Positions 55,594 through 64,000 of a stretch of 64,000 bases of DNA are shown one piece after another; position 1 is the stretch's first letter; each line of letters starts with the position of its first letter. Where the stretch lies: positions 181,003 through 245,002 of the forward strand of contig CAVTTK010000006.1 of the NCBI GenBank assembly GCA_963737625.1, given 5' to 3'. This DNA comes from an uncultured Acidimicrobiaceae bacterium. GTDB lineage: Bacteria; Actinomycetota; Acidimicrobiia; Acidimicrobiales; RAAP-2. The translations under genes were made by a program, and so were the position numbers. A model generated the notes under the pieces. The model did not search any database. It had not been told where the DNA came from and saw nothing but the letters and a program-made list of their open reading frames with translations.

Positions 55594-56541
55594 TCAGACC
55601 GAGGCGGTCTCGCTTCTTCCCACCATCAACTTGTAGATCCGCTCGAGGTCCTCGAGCGTTGCGAACTCCACCACGACCTTCCCGTGCTTCGAGGTGAGGT
55701 CCACCTTCACCCTGGTGTTGAGGTGGCTCGAGAGCAACTCCTCCAGTTCCAGTATCCCCGGGGGCGGCAGGCGCCGCGGGGCAGTCGGGGCCGCGGAGAG
55801 GTCGCCGACCGGCGCCGTGGGAGCGGCGCCTTCGGCGACAGCCTCCGAACCATCGGCCGCTCCCCCACCATTGTGCTCACGCACGAGATCCTCGATGGTC
55901 CGCACCGTCAGACCTTCGGCTACGACCGCTTTGGCCAGCAACTCCTGATAGCCGCGATCGGGCGTTCCCAGCAGAGCGCGGGCATGTCCCGGACTGATCT
56001 GACCTTCCGAGAGCAGGCGCTGGACGGCAGAAGGCAGCTGGAGCAGGCGCAGGATGTTGGTGACCGCCGTCCGGCTCTTGCCCACCCGCTTGGCCACCTG
56101 CTCGTGGGTGTACCCGAATTCCTCGACGAGTTGTTGATAGGCGGCCGCCTCCTCTAGGACGTTGAGGTCCTGACGATGGAGGTTCTCGACTAGGGCCTGC
56201 TCCAGGCTCTGCGTCTCGTCCGAGGTCAGGACCAGAACCGGTATGGACTGGAGCCCGGCCCGGCGGGCAGCTCTCCACCGCCGCTCGCCGGCGATGAGCT
56301 CGAAGTCATCGGCGGCAATTCCGCCGATCTGTCGAACCAGAACCGGCTGAAGGACGCCGAGTTCCTTGATCGACGCGGCTAAGGACGACATCGTGTCCTC
56401 ATCGAAGTTTACGCGGGGTTGGCGGGGGTTGGGCTTGATGCTCCCTATGGGAACCTCCCGCAGGGCCGACGAACGATCCCCCACCACCTCGTTGGGGATG
56501 AGGGCACTCAGTCCCTTGCCCAGTCCGCTACGTCGTGCCAC
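55594..56541 (-). CDS. parB: Chromosome partitioning protein ParB
   Basis: [11 protein letters not shown] and GERRWRAA. 315 aa. Confidence 0.95.
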   Translation of the reverse strand: MARRSGLGKGLSALIPNEVVGDRSSALREVPIGSIKPNPRQPRVNFDEDTMSSLAASIKELGVLQPVLVRQIGGIAADDFELIAGERRWRAARRAGLQSIPVLVLTSDETQSLEQALVENLHRQDLNVLEEAAAYQQLVEEFGYTHEQVAKRVGKSRTAVTNILRLLQLPSAVQRLLSEGQISPGHARALLGTPDRGYQELLAKAVVAEGLTVRTIEDLVREHNGGGAADGSEAVAEGAAPTAPVGDLSAAPTAPRRLPPPGILELEELLSSHLNTRVKVDLTSKHGKVVVEFATLEDLERIYKLMVGRSETASV

Positions 56542-57943
56542 CGCTGACCTCCTTGGCTAGTTCCCGGTAAGCGATGGCCCCACGCGAGGCCGGATCGAAA
56601 GCAGTGATCGGTTGCCCGAAGGAGGGCGCCTCGGAGAGTCTCACCGTCCGGGGGATGACGCTCCGACACACCTTGGTTCCGAAGTGGAGACGCACCTCGT
56701 TGGCCACCTGATCGGACAGCTTCGTCCGAGCGTCGTACATGGTGAGCACGATGGTCGAGATATCCAGTTTGGGATTGAGGTTCGATGCCACGAGATGCAC
56801 ATTCCGCATCAACTGGCTCAGACCTTCGAGGGCGTAGTACTCGCACTGGATCGGTACGAGCACCTCGTCGGCGGCGGCCAGGGCGTTGACGGTGATCAGT
56901 CCCAGCGACGGCGGGCAGTCGATGAGAACGTAGTCGAAGTCGTCGAGGATCGACTCGATGGACTTCTTGAGCTTCAACTCCCGGCTGAAGGCCGGGACCA
57001 GTTCAATCTCCGCGCCGGCCAGGGCTATGGTGGCCGGGGCGACAAACAGATTCTTCATGCTGGTCGGCTCGACGCAGTCCTCCAGCGACGAGTCCCTCAT
57101 CAACACGTCATACATCGAGAGTTCGAAGTTGCGGGCGTCGATCCCCAGCCCCGTCGTGGCATTGCCCTGCGGGTCGAGGTCGATAACCAATACCCGAAAT
57201 CCGAGCTCGGCCAGCGCGGCTCCGAGGTTCACCGACGTGGTCGTCTTGCCGACTCCACCCTTCTGATTGGCAACGGCCAGGACGCGGGGGAGTGGGTTCC
57301 CTGAAGCCGCCTGAGCCTCTACCGGCGGTTGTTCCCGTACCTCCGGGGCGAGGTGCTCCTCCACGGTGACCGCCGGAGCGGCAATAACTGCCGGAGGCGC
57401 TTCGAGATCCTTTGACCGAGCATCCGGTGGACTGGGAGGCGCTTCGGTGGTCGACCCGACCTCGACCGCAGAACCCTCCGCATCCATGACCGCCGGATCG
57501 TTCGGCTCCGGCTCCTCCACCACCGGGCTCACCTCGGACGTGGACTTCCGGGTGGTGAACGGGGCAGCCTCCGGGGCCACCGGCGTGTCGCTCACCCGCT
57601 CGGGCTCCCTGGGTCTCTCATCGAGGGTACTGGTGTCCACTTCGGACGCGGGTGAGCTGGGGGTCAGGACGTTGTCGAGCTCAGCCTGAGCAGTGACCAC
57701 GTCAGAGATCGTCTCTTCAATATTCCGCTGAGGCTGGGGACTGACGGGGGGCGTCACCTCAGAATCCGAGGACGACGACGGGGAAGGGGCGTCGGTCTCG
57801 TCAGACTCCGAAATGACCGGGGGTGGGGGAGTCTGGATAAGAGTGACCGAACCTGTTCCCACTGAAGTAGAACCCGACTCCGACCCCTGATCCGAGTTGT
57901 CTTGGGAGGACGACCTATTTCGACCCCGACGACGGCCGCGCAT
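56528..57943 (-). CDS. parA: Chromosome partitioning ATPase ParA/Soj with a long low-complexity N-terminal extension (start uncertain)
   Basis: Deviant Walker A NQKGGVGKTT near residue 225 of 471. The preceding ~215 aa are Pro/Ser/Glu-rich. Internal alternative start at MDAEGS. Confidence 0.85.
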   Translation of the reverse strand: MRGRRRGRNRSSSQDNSDQGSESGSTSVGTGSVTLIQTPPPPVISESDETDAPSPSSSSDSEVTPPVSPQPQRNIEETISDVVTAQAELDNVLTPSSPASEVDTSTLDERPREPERVSDTPVAPEAAPFTTRKSTSEVSPVVEEPEPNDPAVMDAEGSAVEVGSTTEAPPSPPDARSKDLEAPPAVIAAPAVTVEEHLAPEVREQPPVEAQAASGNPLPRVLAVANQKGGVGKTTTSVNLGAALAELGFRVLVIDLDPQGNATTGLGIDARNFELSMYDVLMRDSSLEDCVEPTSMKNLFVAPATIALAGAEIELVPAFSRELKLKKSIESILDDFDYVLIDCPPSLGLITVNALAAADEVLVPIQCEYYALEGLSQLMRNVHLVASNLNPKLDISTIVLTMYDARTKLSDQVANEVRLHFGTKVCRSVIPRTVRLSEAPSFGQPITAFDPASRGAIAYRELAKEVSGGTT

Positions 57944-58023
57944 TATCTTGTCCTCGGTTCTGCAGGCATCAAGGGACTTATACTTCCCCGGTTCGACAAC
58001 CAGGTCAAGCCTTTACGTCAAAT

Positions 58024-58039
58024 TGTTCCACGTGAAACC
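58024..58039. other. parS-like site TGTTCCACGTGAAACC
   Basis: Two mismatches to the canonical TGTTTCACGTGAAACA. Lies in the 490-bp parA-rsmG gap. Confidence 0.6.
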
Positions 58040-58290
58040 AGGAAGCGCGTTGGGCGAGACGTCCGCGACGTCGGGAAGAGCCCAGGGTCGGGAGACCGGC
58101 GTCGACGGCGTGGCCAGGGGAGAAGCGCTGTACCCGGAGGTCCGGAGGCCGGTGCCGCTCACTTTCCAGGAGGTCACATCAACCGGAGTTCTTCTTTGGT
58201 CCAGAACGTCGGAGCAAGGTACCGACGGCCGACAGGTGGCTTAGGGCCGGGTGCTGAGTGTCTCCGGCCGGCGGCCATTTGGAGCTCAGA

Positions 58291-58306
58291 TGTTCCACGT
58301 GGAACA
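58291..58306. other. parS-like site TGTTCCACGTGGAACA (perfect 16-bp palindrome)
   Basis: Symmetric variant of canonical parS (T5C and A12G). Lies in the parA-rsmG gap. Confidence 0.7.
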
Positions 58307-58402
58307 GTCGGAGCGACAGATCCGCAGCTCCCCTCAACGACCACTCGACCAGTACCCCGATGATTCCCGGCGGCTGCGGCACATCCCTTCCCTGGCCCAC
58401 CT

Positions 58403-58421
58403 CTGCCGTTCATAACGGCAG
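58403..58421 (-). terminator. Hairpin 15 nt downstream of the rsmG stop
   Basis: ctgccgtt-cat-aacggcag (8-bp stem). No U-tract. Confidence 0.25.
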
Positions 58422-58435
58422 GCAGTCCGAGAATT

Positions 58436-59188
58436 TCAGAAAAGGGGGCGCTTGGTAGGGATTCCCACCCGTCGGGGATACCGGTCGGGAGTCTCGCCTG
58501 ACTTGGTCAGAACCTGATAGCCAAACCGACGATCGAATCGGGTCCGGAGGTGCCGGGTCATTCCCAACTCGGCTAATCCCTCCTCAGGCCAGCGAGTGTC
58601 AGCGTCCTCCTGCGGTGGTTCGGAAACCACCATCACACCACCGGGCTGGAGAAGTGGAGCCCCACACTCGGCCGTCACGGACGGCCTTCCGAACGAGCGG
58701 GCGGTCACCGCTTCAAACCGCCCCCGATACCGATCCTCTCGACCGAGATCCTCCAATCGGCCCCGGACCACCTCGATGGTCAGGGCAGAGCTCCATTCAG
58801 CCACCTCTTCTGAGAGGAAGTCGGTTCGTCGCCGGCTACCGTCCATCAACAGCAGGTGGCAGGCGGGCCAGCACGCATGGAGGACCAGTCCGGGGACGCC
58901 GCCCCCGGTCCCGAGATCAGCCACCGACATCGGCGGTCGGCCCAGAACGGCCTCGGTGGCGGAGGCGAACCCCAGAGCATGGTCGATCTGATCACCGACC
59001 GGCATACTGCCCAGAAACCCTTGACTTGCGGATCGCGTCAGTGTGGCCACCACGTCGCCATCCACCCGGGCACGAAGTACCGAAAGTGTGTCGTCAGCGT
59101 CCACGAGACTCTCTACCCGCACTCGAGGGGAACAGGTGGTGGCCCGCACCGTGGGCCTCGGAGCGGTGACCTGTCGACGGTTATCCAT
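58436..59188 (-). CDS. rsmG: 16S rRNA (guanine527-N7)-methyltransferase RsmG (GidB)
   Basis: SAM motif DLGTGGGVPGLVL. Position between jag and parA. The ATG at 59188 is chosen but the start is uncertain. Confidence 0.85.
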   Translation of the reverse strand: MDNRRQVTAPRPTVRATTCSPRVRVESLVDADDTLSVLRARVDGDVVATLTRSASQGFLGSMPVGDQIDHALGFASATEAVLGRPPMSVADLGTGGGVPGLVLHACWPACHLLLMDGSRRRTDFLSEEVAEWSSALTIEVVRGRLEDLGREDRYRGRFEAVTARSFGRPSVTAECGAPLLQPGGVMVVSEPPQEDADTRWPEEGLAELGMTRHLRTRFDRRFGYQVLTKSGETPDRYPRRVGIPTKRPLF

Positions 59189-59276
59189 CCGGTACCGGAA
59201 CTGGACATGGATGCGAAACGGCACCGGGCTGGACCCGGTGCCGTTCCCTGCCACAGTGGGCCAAATCCCATGGTGG

Positions 59277-60302
59277 TCAACTCGAGGGTTGGATCACCAC
59301 ATACCTCGAGGGTTCGGTGCCGTCGGAGCGGGTCTCGACCCCATCTATCTCATTGACGGTGTCGTGAACCACCTTCCGGTCGGCGGGCGACATCGGCTCG
59401 AGGGATCGCTCCTCACCCGAGCTCTTGACCTCTTCGACGATGCCCTCGGTGAAGCGCCGGAGAGCTGCCGAACGCTTCTCCCGGTAACCGCCGACATCCA
59501 CCAGGATCCGGTCCGTTCTCACTTCGGATTGCCGCTGAACGAACGTGCGGGTCAAGTCCTGCACGGCGGACAACGTCGCTCCCCGGGGACCGACCAACAA
59601 GCCGAGATCGTCGCCCGTAGCCGCCACCTGAACGGTGTCCTCGTCCAACTCGACGAACCCGACTTCGGCGTCCAGCCCGAACTCCCGTACCAACCCGGCT
59701 ACGAATTCTGTCGCCGCCTCACCCTGCTGCTCGAGGGTCAGTGACTCTTCCATGGTGTCCTCACTATCTCCGGTCTGACCGGATCCTTGCTTCGACTGCG
59801 CTTTGGGCTGTCCGCCGTTCGACCGGGCGCTGCGCGATCCGCGCTTCGGCCCGTTCCCCGATCCAGACGATGAGCGGCCGGCTCCGTTGGTAGACCCCCC
59901 CGTATCGTTCGCGGCCCCCGAGTCCTCCCGTCCCCCGCCTTCCCCTGTCGATCCTCGGCCATCACTGGCCCGGGACGAATCCGTGGGGGAGGGGGTGCCG
60001 CCACTCCTGGACCGGTCGCCGCGTCCGTTCCCACCCTTACCCCCCGACGAGCTCGGCCCGCGGGACCGGTCGCCGCCGCCGCGGTTGCGGTCGGGTCGTT
60101 GCCGACGTCCCCGCTTGGGCGGAGGAGCGACCGGCCGGACCCGGGCCTGGACCCGGGCTTCCCCGCGCACCCTGCCGAACAGCCCGGACTTCGGCTCACT
60201 GAGGATTACGAACTCGGCATCGTCCTCGGCCACCCCAAGCAGATCCAGCACGATCTCCTTGGCTTCGGGCAGCGACTTACCACTAGCTTCCACCCACTCC
60301 AC
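59277..60302 (-). CDS. jag: Jag/KhpB-like RNA-binding protein (Jag_N, KH, R3H) with a ~125-aa Arg/Gly/Ser-rich insert
   Basis: N-terminal EASGKSLPEAKEIVLDLLGV, KH-like LLVGPRGATLSAVQDL and R3H ADRKVVHDTV. Confidence 0.85.
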   Translation of the reverse strand: MEWVEASGKSLPEAKEIVLDLLGVAEDDAEFVILSEPKSGLFGRVRGEARVQARVRPVAPPPKRGRRQRPDRNRGGGDRSRGPSSSGGKGGNGRGDRSRSGGTPSPTDSSRASDGRGSTGEGGGREDSGAANDTGGSTNGAGRSSSGSGNGPKRGSRSARSNGGQPKAQSKQGSGQTGDSEDTMEESLTLEQQGEAATEFVAGLVREFGLDAEVGFVELDEDTVQVAATGDDLGLLVGPRGATLSAVQDLTRTFVQRQSEVRTDRILVDVGGYREKRSAALRRFTEGIVEEVKSSGEERSLEPMSPADRKVVHDTVNEIDGVETRSDGTEPSRYVVIQPSS

Positions 60303-60305
60303 GCT

Positions 60306-61601
60306 CTATCGCGCCTTTCGCTCACGCTTGGCCTTCGAGCGCGGATGCTCCTTCGGAGCGCCTGACCCACTTGGTGCGGTGGACGATCCCTGGGATCCAC
60401 TCCCCCCATTACTGCCGTTTCCCGATGGCTTGGTCGGTCCACGTCGAGAGCCGTTGCCGTTCGAAGAGCTTGGGGCACGTTTGCCGTTCGACCCGTTGGT
60501 TCCGCCCGTGCGCTTCACGGCGGCGGCGTCGACACCGGCGGCGGCGGCCGCGGGACGACCACTCTTGCCGTTGGCCGCGCCGTTGGTCCCAGCCGAACCC
60601 CCAGACCCCGACGCCGGTGACTTCTTCCGTGCCGCTCCGGATCCGGTCTTCGGCTTGGGTAGAGCCCGTTCGGTTCGGTCCACCACCGGCCCCTTCGGTT
60701 TCTTCTTCTCGGTAGCCGTGGCGTCCACTGTCGGGGGGGCCGGCGGTCCACCCACCATGCCCTTACGGAACAGGATCTCCTGCGTGGCGATGCGGATGGC
60801 ACTGGAAACAATAAAATAGACATTCAGAATTGCCGCCACATTAATATAAATAAATCCGAATATAAGTGGCATGTATTTCTGCAGCATGGCTGCCTGGGGA
60901 TTGGCTTGGGCAGCAGCACCGTTGCGCTTGTTGAGTCGCGACATCTGCAGGTACTGGAGCCCCACGGATCCCACGACCAGCAGGAGGAAGGGAATGGCCA
61001 CGAAGATCGAGCTGTGGTGCGAGAGCAGCTTCTGTGAAAAGTCCATCCCGAACGAGATCAACTGCCCATGAGCTGCCACGATGTCGTGGTACATCTTCGT
61101 CGTCTCCGACGTATACCGTGGATCGGCGCAGACTGTCTCCGCACACTTACTGGCCTTGTTGGGGATGATGGTCCCCGAGCTGGTGAGGGTATACGGAATC
61201 GTTGCACCCTTGGCCACCGTGTTGGTAATCCCCCGGATCACGCTGTAAAGGATGAAGAATGCCGGCATCTGCAATAGCATGGGAAGACACCCGGAAGCCG
61301 GGTTTACTTTATGCTCTTTGTAGAGCTTCATCATTTCTTCGTTGAGCTGGGCTCGATTCTCGGCGCCCTTGTACTTGGCCTGGAGCTTCTTCATCTCCGG
61401 CCCCAAAGCCTGCATGGCCGCCATGTTCTTGGTGCTCTTGACGGTGAGGGGCGTAAGGAGCGCCATGATGACGATGGTGAGCAGCGCCACGTCGATGGGG
61501 TAGTTGGGGATCACCGAGTAGAAGAAGGCCAGGACGGCCCCCACCGCATCCAGCAACGGCTGGAAGACCTTGCCGATCGGAGTCGTTATGGATGCGTACA
61601 T
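60306..61601 (-). CDS. yidC: Membrane protein insertase YidC with a ~150-aa basic Gly/Ser/Asn-rich C-terminal tail
   Basis: KLQAKYKG...[20 protein letters not shown]. The core ends near FRKGM and the tail follows. Confidence 0.9.
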   Translation of the reverse strand: MYASITTPIGKVFQPLLDAVGAVLAFFYSVIPNYPIDVALLTIVIMALLTPLTVKSTKNMAAMQALGPEMKKLQAKYKGAENRAQLNEEMMKLYKEHKVNPASGCLPMLLQMPAFFILYSVIRGITNTVAKGATIPYTLTSSGTIIPNKASKCAETVCADPRYTSETTKMYHDIVAAHGQLISFGMDFSQKLLSHHSSIFVAIPFLLLVVGSVGLQYLQMSRLNKRNGAAAQANPQAAMLQKYMPLIFGFIYINVAAILNVYFIVSSAIRIATQEILFRKGMVGGPPAPPTVDATATEKKKPKGPVVDRTERALPKPKTGSGAARKKSPASGSGGSAGTNGAANGKSGRPAAAAAGVDAAAVKRTGGTNGSNGKRAPSSSNGNGSRRGPTKPSGNGSNGGSGSQGSSTAPSGSGAPKEHPRSKAKRERKAR

Positions 61602-61897
61602 GGGGTCCTCCGGTCGGGGACGGGGTCAACGCCGTGTCCGCCCCAGGGGGTACACCGGGCGAGTCGGCGGGCAGCTAGAGCGCCGCCGCGGAGGGCTCCG
61701 TGCCGCTCCAAGGCTTCGACGGCGTACTCCGAGCAGCTCGGGATGAACCGACAGCCGGTGAGCCGACCACTTCGGGCCAACTGGTAGCCGCGGATCGCCC
61801 TGGTCAGGACTCCGACGACGCGCCCCGCCGGTGGCGTGGCCGTCGAATCGGGCATGCTCGTCGACTGCGTCGATACCTGGGTGGCCAGCGGCGTCAT
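61586..61897 (-). CDS. yidD: Membrane protein insertion efficiency factor YidD
   Basis: [11 protein letters not shown]...HGALRG. ATGA overlap with rnpA. Confidence 0.85.
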   Translation of the reverse strand: MTPLATQVSTQSTSMPDSTATPPAGRVVGVLTRAIRGYQLARSGRLTGCRFIPSCSEYAVEALERHGALRGGALAARRLARCTPWGGHGVDPVPDRRTPCTHP

Positions 61898-62280
61898 CGG
61901 AGCGTCCCGGCGGCGGGGGTCGGGTCCTCCGCCCGTCGTACGACCTGTTCCAACGCTTGGCTCATGGCCACCTTCAGTTCGTCGAACGCCAGGAGAGGCG
62001 CTTCGGGCCCGGTGCTGACGAGATAGGCCCCAGCCGGTAGGGGTGGGTGTCCGGCGATAATCGACCGTAGCCGTCGCCGGAGCCTGTTCCTCGTCACCGC
62101 ATTTCCCACTTTTCTGTTGATCGCAAAGGCGACTTCGGACCGTGACCAGGCGTTTTGTTGAACAAACGACACGGTGAGGGGACCAGATCGCCCCCGAACC
62201 CGGGACCGTCTCAGGTCCTCGAAGGTGTGCCGTGATCGGACCGGTACCAGGGTCGTCAGGGAACCCCTTCGGGAGGTCAC
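61894..62280 (-). CDS. rnpA: Ribonuclease P protein component
   Basis: [26 protein letters not shown]...[13 protein letters not shown]. The GTG at 62280 overlaps the rpmH stop; the upstream part of the track ORF runs through rpmH in another frame. Confidence 0.85.
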   Translation of the reverse strand: MTSRRGSLTTLVPVRSRHTFEDLRRSRVRGRSGPLTVSFVQQNAWSRSEVAFAINRKVGNAVTRNRLRRRLRSIIAGHPPLPAGAYLVSTGPEAPLLAFDELKVAMSQALEQVVRRAEDPTPAAGTLR

Positions 62281-62411
62281 ACCGACAGGCGATGACGTCC
62301 CTTCGCCCGGCGCGACCGGATCACCGCCCGGCCGGCCTTCGTCGACATCCGCTTGCGGAAGCCGTGCGTCTTCGCCCGTTTTCGTACGTTCGGTTGATAT
62401 GTGCGTTTCAT
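62277..62411 (-). CDS. rpmH: 50S ribosomal protein L34
   Basis: Hand translation gives [44 protein letters not shown] then a stop. It is too short for the ORF track. Confidence 0.95.
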   Translation of the reverse strand: MKRTYQPNVRKRAKTHGFRKRMSTKAGRAVIRSRRAKGRHRLSV

Positions 62412-62707
62412 CCATCCACATCCTTCCTCTCCCTGGACCGAGGACGTCCGTGTCGCGTTCGGCAGGGGGCCCGGTCACTGGGATCAGGGCATTCCCCTAC
62501 ATCGTAGGCGCGAATCGGCTGCGGCTCTAGTCGAAGGTCGGGAGGCACGCTGAGTGGTCACGGTGTACCGTTCCGAGCACAGCAAGCATCGCAGCCGGTC
62601 GGAAGCAATGCCGCCCAGTACACCGCTTGCCCCGGAGAACGACGCAGGACAACAAGACGGAACGGCGCTCCACCCCCTGACCTGACGGAGCGAACACCCA
62701 TCGGTAC

Positions 62708-62795
62708 TCGTCCACAGCTGTGGATATCTTTGTGGACCGATTGAACCGTCCAAGGGCGGAGGCCCACGTGAACGATACTGATGAGTTGTGGATAT
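62708..62795. promoter_or_regulatory. Cluster of DnaA-box-like 9-mers (TCCACA core) at the dnaA start
   Basis: tcgTCCACA at 62708-62716, TGTGGAtat at 62719-62727, TGTGGAccg at 62731-62739 and TGTGGAtat at 62787-62795. A further ccaTCCACA lies at 62412-62420, next to the rpmH start. Confidence 0.5.
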
Positions 62796-64000
62796 TGTGC
62801 TCGGAGGCCTTGCGTGAGCAGGTCTCCGACTCCATCTGGCAGGCCTACCTCTCCGGGATCACGCCCCTCTCTATCGAAGACGGCGAGATCGTGCTCGGTG
62901 TCCCGAACACGCTGATCCGCGATCGCGTGGAGTCGCGCTTCCTCGGCCTCATCCAGGACACGGTGACCGGGACGGTCGGACGGCACGTCGACATCCAACT
63001 CGAGGTCGTCGCCCCCACCCCCGAGCCGGCCGAGGAGTCGTTGCCGCCCGAGAGACTGCCGGAAGCCAGCCCCTCGCTGGCCCCCGACCGGTCAGCCCCC
63101 AGTCCCTGGAGAGACACGTCGTCGCCCAATGGCCGGTCCGGCGCCTTCGAGTCACCGGTACTCGACCCTCGCTACACCTTCGACACCTTCGTCATCGCCT
63201 CGTCCAACCGGTTCGCCCACGCCGCCGCCCAGTCCGTGGCCGAGTCGCCGGCGCAGTCCTACAACCCGCTATTCATCTACGGGGACGCCGGATTGGGCAA
63301 GACCCATCTCCTCCACGCCATCGGCAACTACGTGCTCGACAACTTCAGCGGCCGTCACGTCCGCTACCTGACCACCGAGACGTACATGAACGAGTTCGTG
63401 GACGCCATCCGGACCAACGCCACCACTGCCTTCAAGCGGCGCTACCGCGAGTGTGACGTGCTCCTCATCGACGACGTCCAGTTCATGGAGCGAAAAGAAT
63501 CGCTCCAAGAGGAGTTCTTCCACACGTTCAACTCGCTGTATGGAGCATCGAAGCAGATCGTCCTGACCTCGGACCGACCCCCCAAGTCCATCGCCACCCT
63601 GGAGGACAGGCTGCGCAGCCGGTTCCTCTCGGGCCTCATCACCATCGTCCAGCCCCCCGACCTCGAGACTCGGCTGGCCATTCTCCAGGCCAAGGCCGAG
63701 CACGAGCAGGTTGACGTGCCCGACGACGTGCTCGACTTCATTGCCACGCACGTGAAGGACAACATCCGGGAGCTCGAAGGTGCACTGATCCGGGTTACGG
63801 CCTTCGCCAGCCTCTACCGGCAGCCGATGAGCCGGGAGCTGGCCGAACAGGTCCTCTCCGATATCGTCTCAGCCCACCAGCCCCGACGCATCACCCCCCA
63901 GGTCATCCTGGACGCCACCTCGGAGACCTTCGGATTCTCGGTCGAGGAACTCTGCGGACCCAATCGGCGTCGGCCCCTGGTCACCGCCAGACAGGTCAGC
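62768..64000 (+). CDS. dnaA: Chromosomal replication initiator DnaA (3' end beyond the window)
   Basis: Hand translation from the GTG at 62768 gives [15 protein letters not shown]..., Walker [20 protein letters not shown] and SDRPP. The frame is open to position 64000. Confidence 0.95.
   Translation, partial: MNDTDELWILCSEALREQVSDSIWQAYLSGITPLSIEDGEIVLGVPNTLIRDRVESRFLGLIQDTVTGTVGRHVDIQLEVVAPTPEPAEESLPPERLPEASPSLAPDRSAPSPWRDTSSPNGRSGAFESPVLDPRYTFDTFVIASSNRFAHAAAQSVAESPAQSYNPLFIYGDAGLGKTHLLHAIGNYVLDNFSGRHVRYLTTETYMNEFVDAIRTNATTAFKRRYRECDVLLIDDVQFMERKESLQEEFFHTFNSLYGASKQIVLTSDRPPKSIATLEDRLRSRFLSGLITIVQPPDLETRLAILQAKAEHEQVDVPDDVLDFIATHVKDNIRELEGALIRVTAFASLYRQPMSRELAEQVLSDIVSAHQPRRITPQVILDATSETFGFSVEELCGPNRRRPLVTARQVS

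Noticed and set aside
62761-62775. ggcccacgtgaacg at the dnaA start as a third parS site.
   Set aside because: Only the central CACGTGAA matches, and both flanks differ from the parS half-sites seen at 58024 and 58291.

Overview
High-GC (roughly 70%) actinobacterial chromosomal DNA that runs into the replication-origin flank. I support about 60 protein genes and no tRNA, rRNA, CRISPR array, transposase, integrase or prophage.

Layout:
- 46-64 kb is the classic origin-proximal block: cca, a large anchored secreted protein, murJ, degV, trxB-trxA, a cwlM-like gene, parB-parA, rsmG, jag, yidC, yidD, rnpA, rpmH (found by hand, absent from the ORF track), then dnaA, which is cut by the window end. 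As far as I recall, this is the same order as M. tuberculosis Rv3907c-Rv3924c/Rv0001.
- 34-46 kb holds dnaB, the rpsF-ssb-rpsR-rplI operon, panB, and a DUF5318-like / PadR / ino1 unit.
- 0-34 kb is ordinary metabolic and housekeeping content: an acyl-CoA ligase, an HtrA protease, several SDRs, a P450, an arylsulfatase, PaaX plus a desaturase, pgi, a fluoride riboswitch with two crcB genes, two OmpR-type response regulators, pstSCAB, an RCK-flanked K+ channel, lon, hydrolases, a CoA-transferase, a LysR regulator and a Nudix hydrolase.

Many of the long ORFs in the six-frame track are antisense or upstream read-through artefacts of the high GC content, so I re-derived starts from conserved N-termini, Shine-Dalgarno sequences and 4-nt overlaps.

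I did not find a convincing new multi-gene system such as a defence island, RiPP cluster or toxin-antitoxin pair. The items most worth a second look are smaller:
- a perfect 28-bp tandem array at 151-258;
- an OmpR-family regulator whose phospho-acceptor Asp is Ala;
- a 3' frameshift in pstS, plus a four-unit 11-nt PHO-box-like array upstream of it;
- a perfect 15-bp-arm palindrome built from DnaA-box-like sequences between cwlM and parB;
- two symmetric-variant parS sites between parA and rsmG;
- a DnaA-box cluster at the dnaA start;
- twin GATATATC palindromes in the PadR/ino1 control region;
- low-complexity RGG or basic extensions on S18, Jag, YidC and ParA;
- a strongly AT-shifted codon usage in the yidC membrane core.
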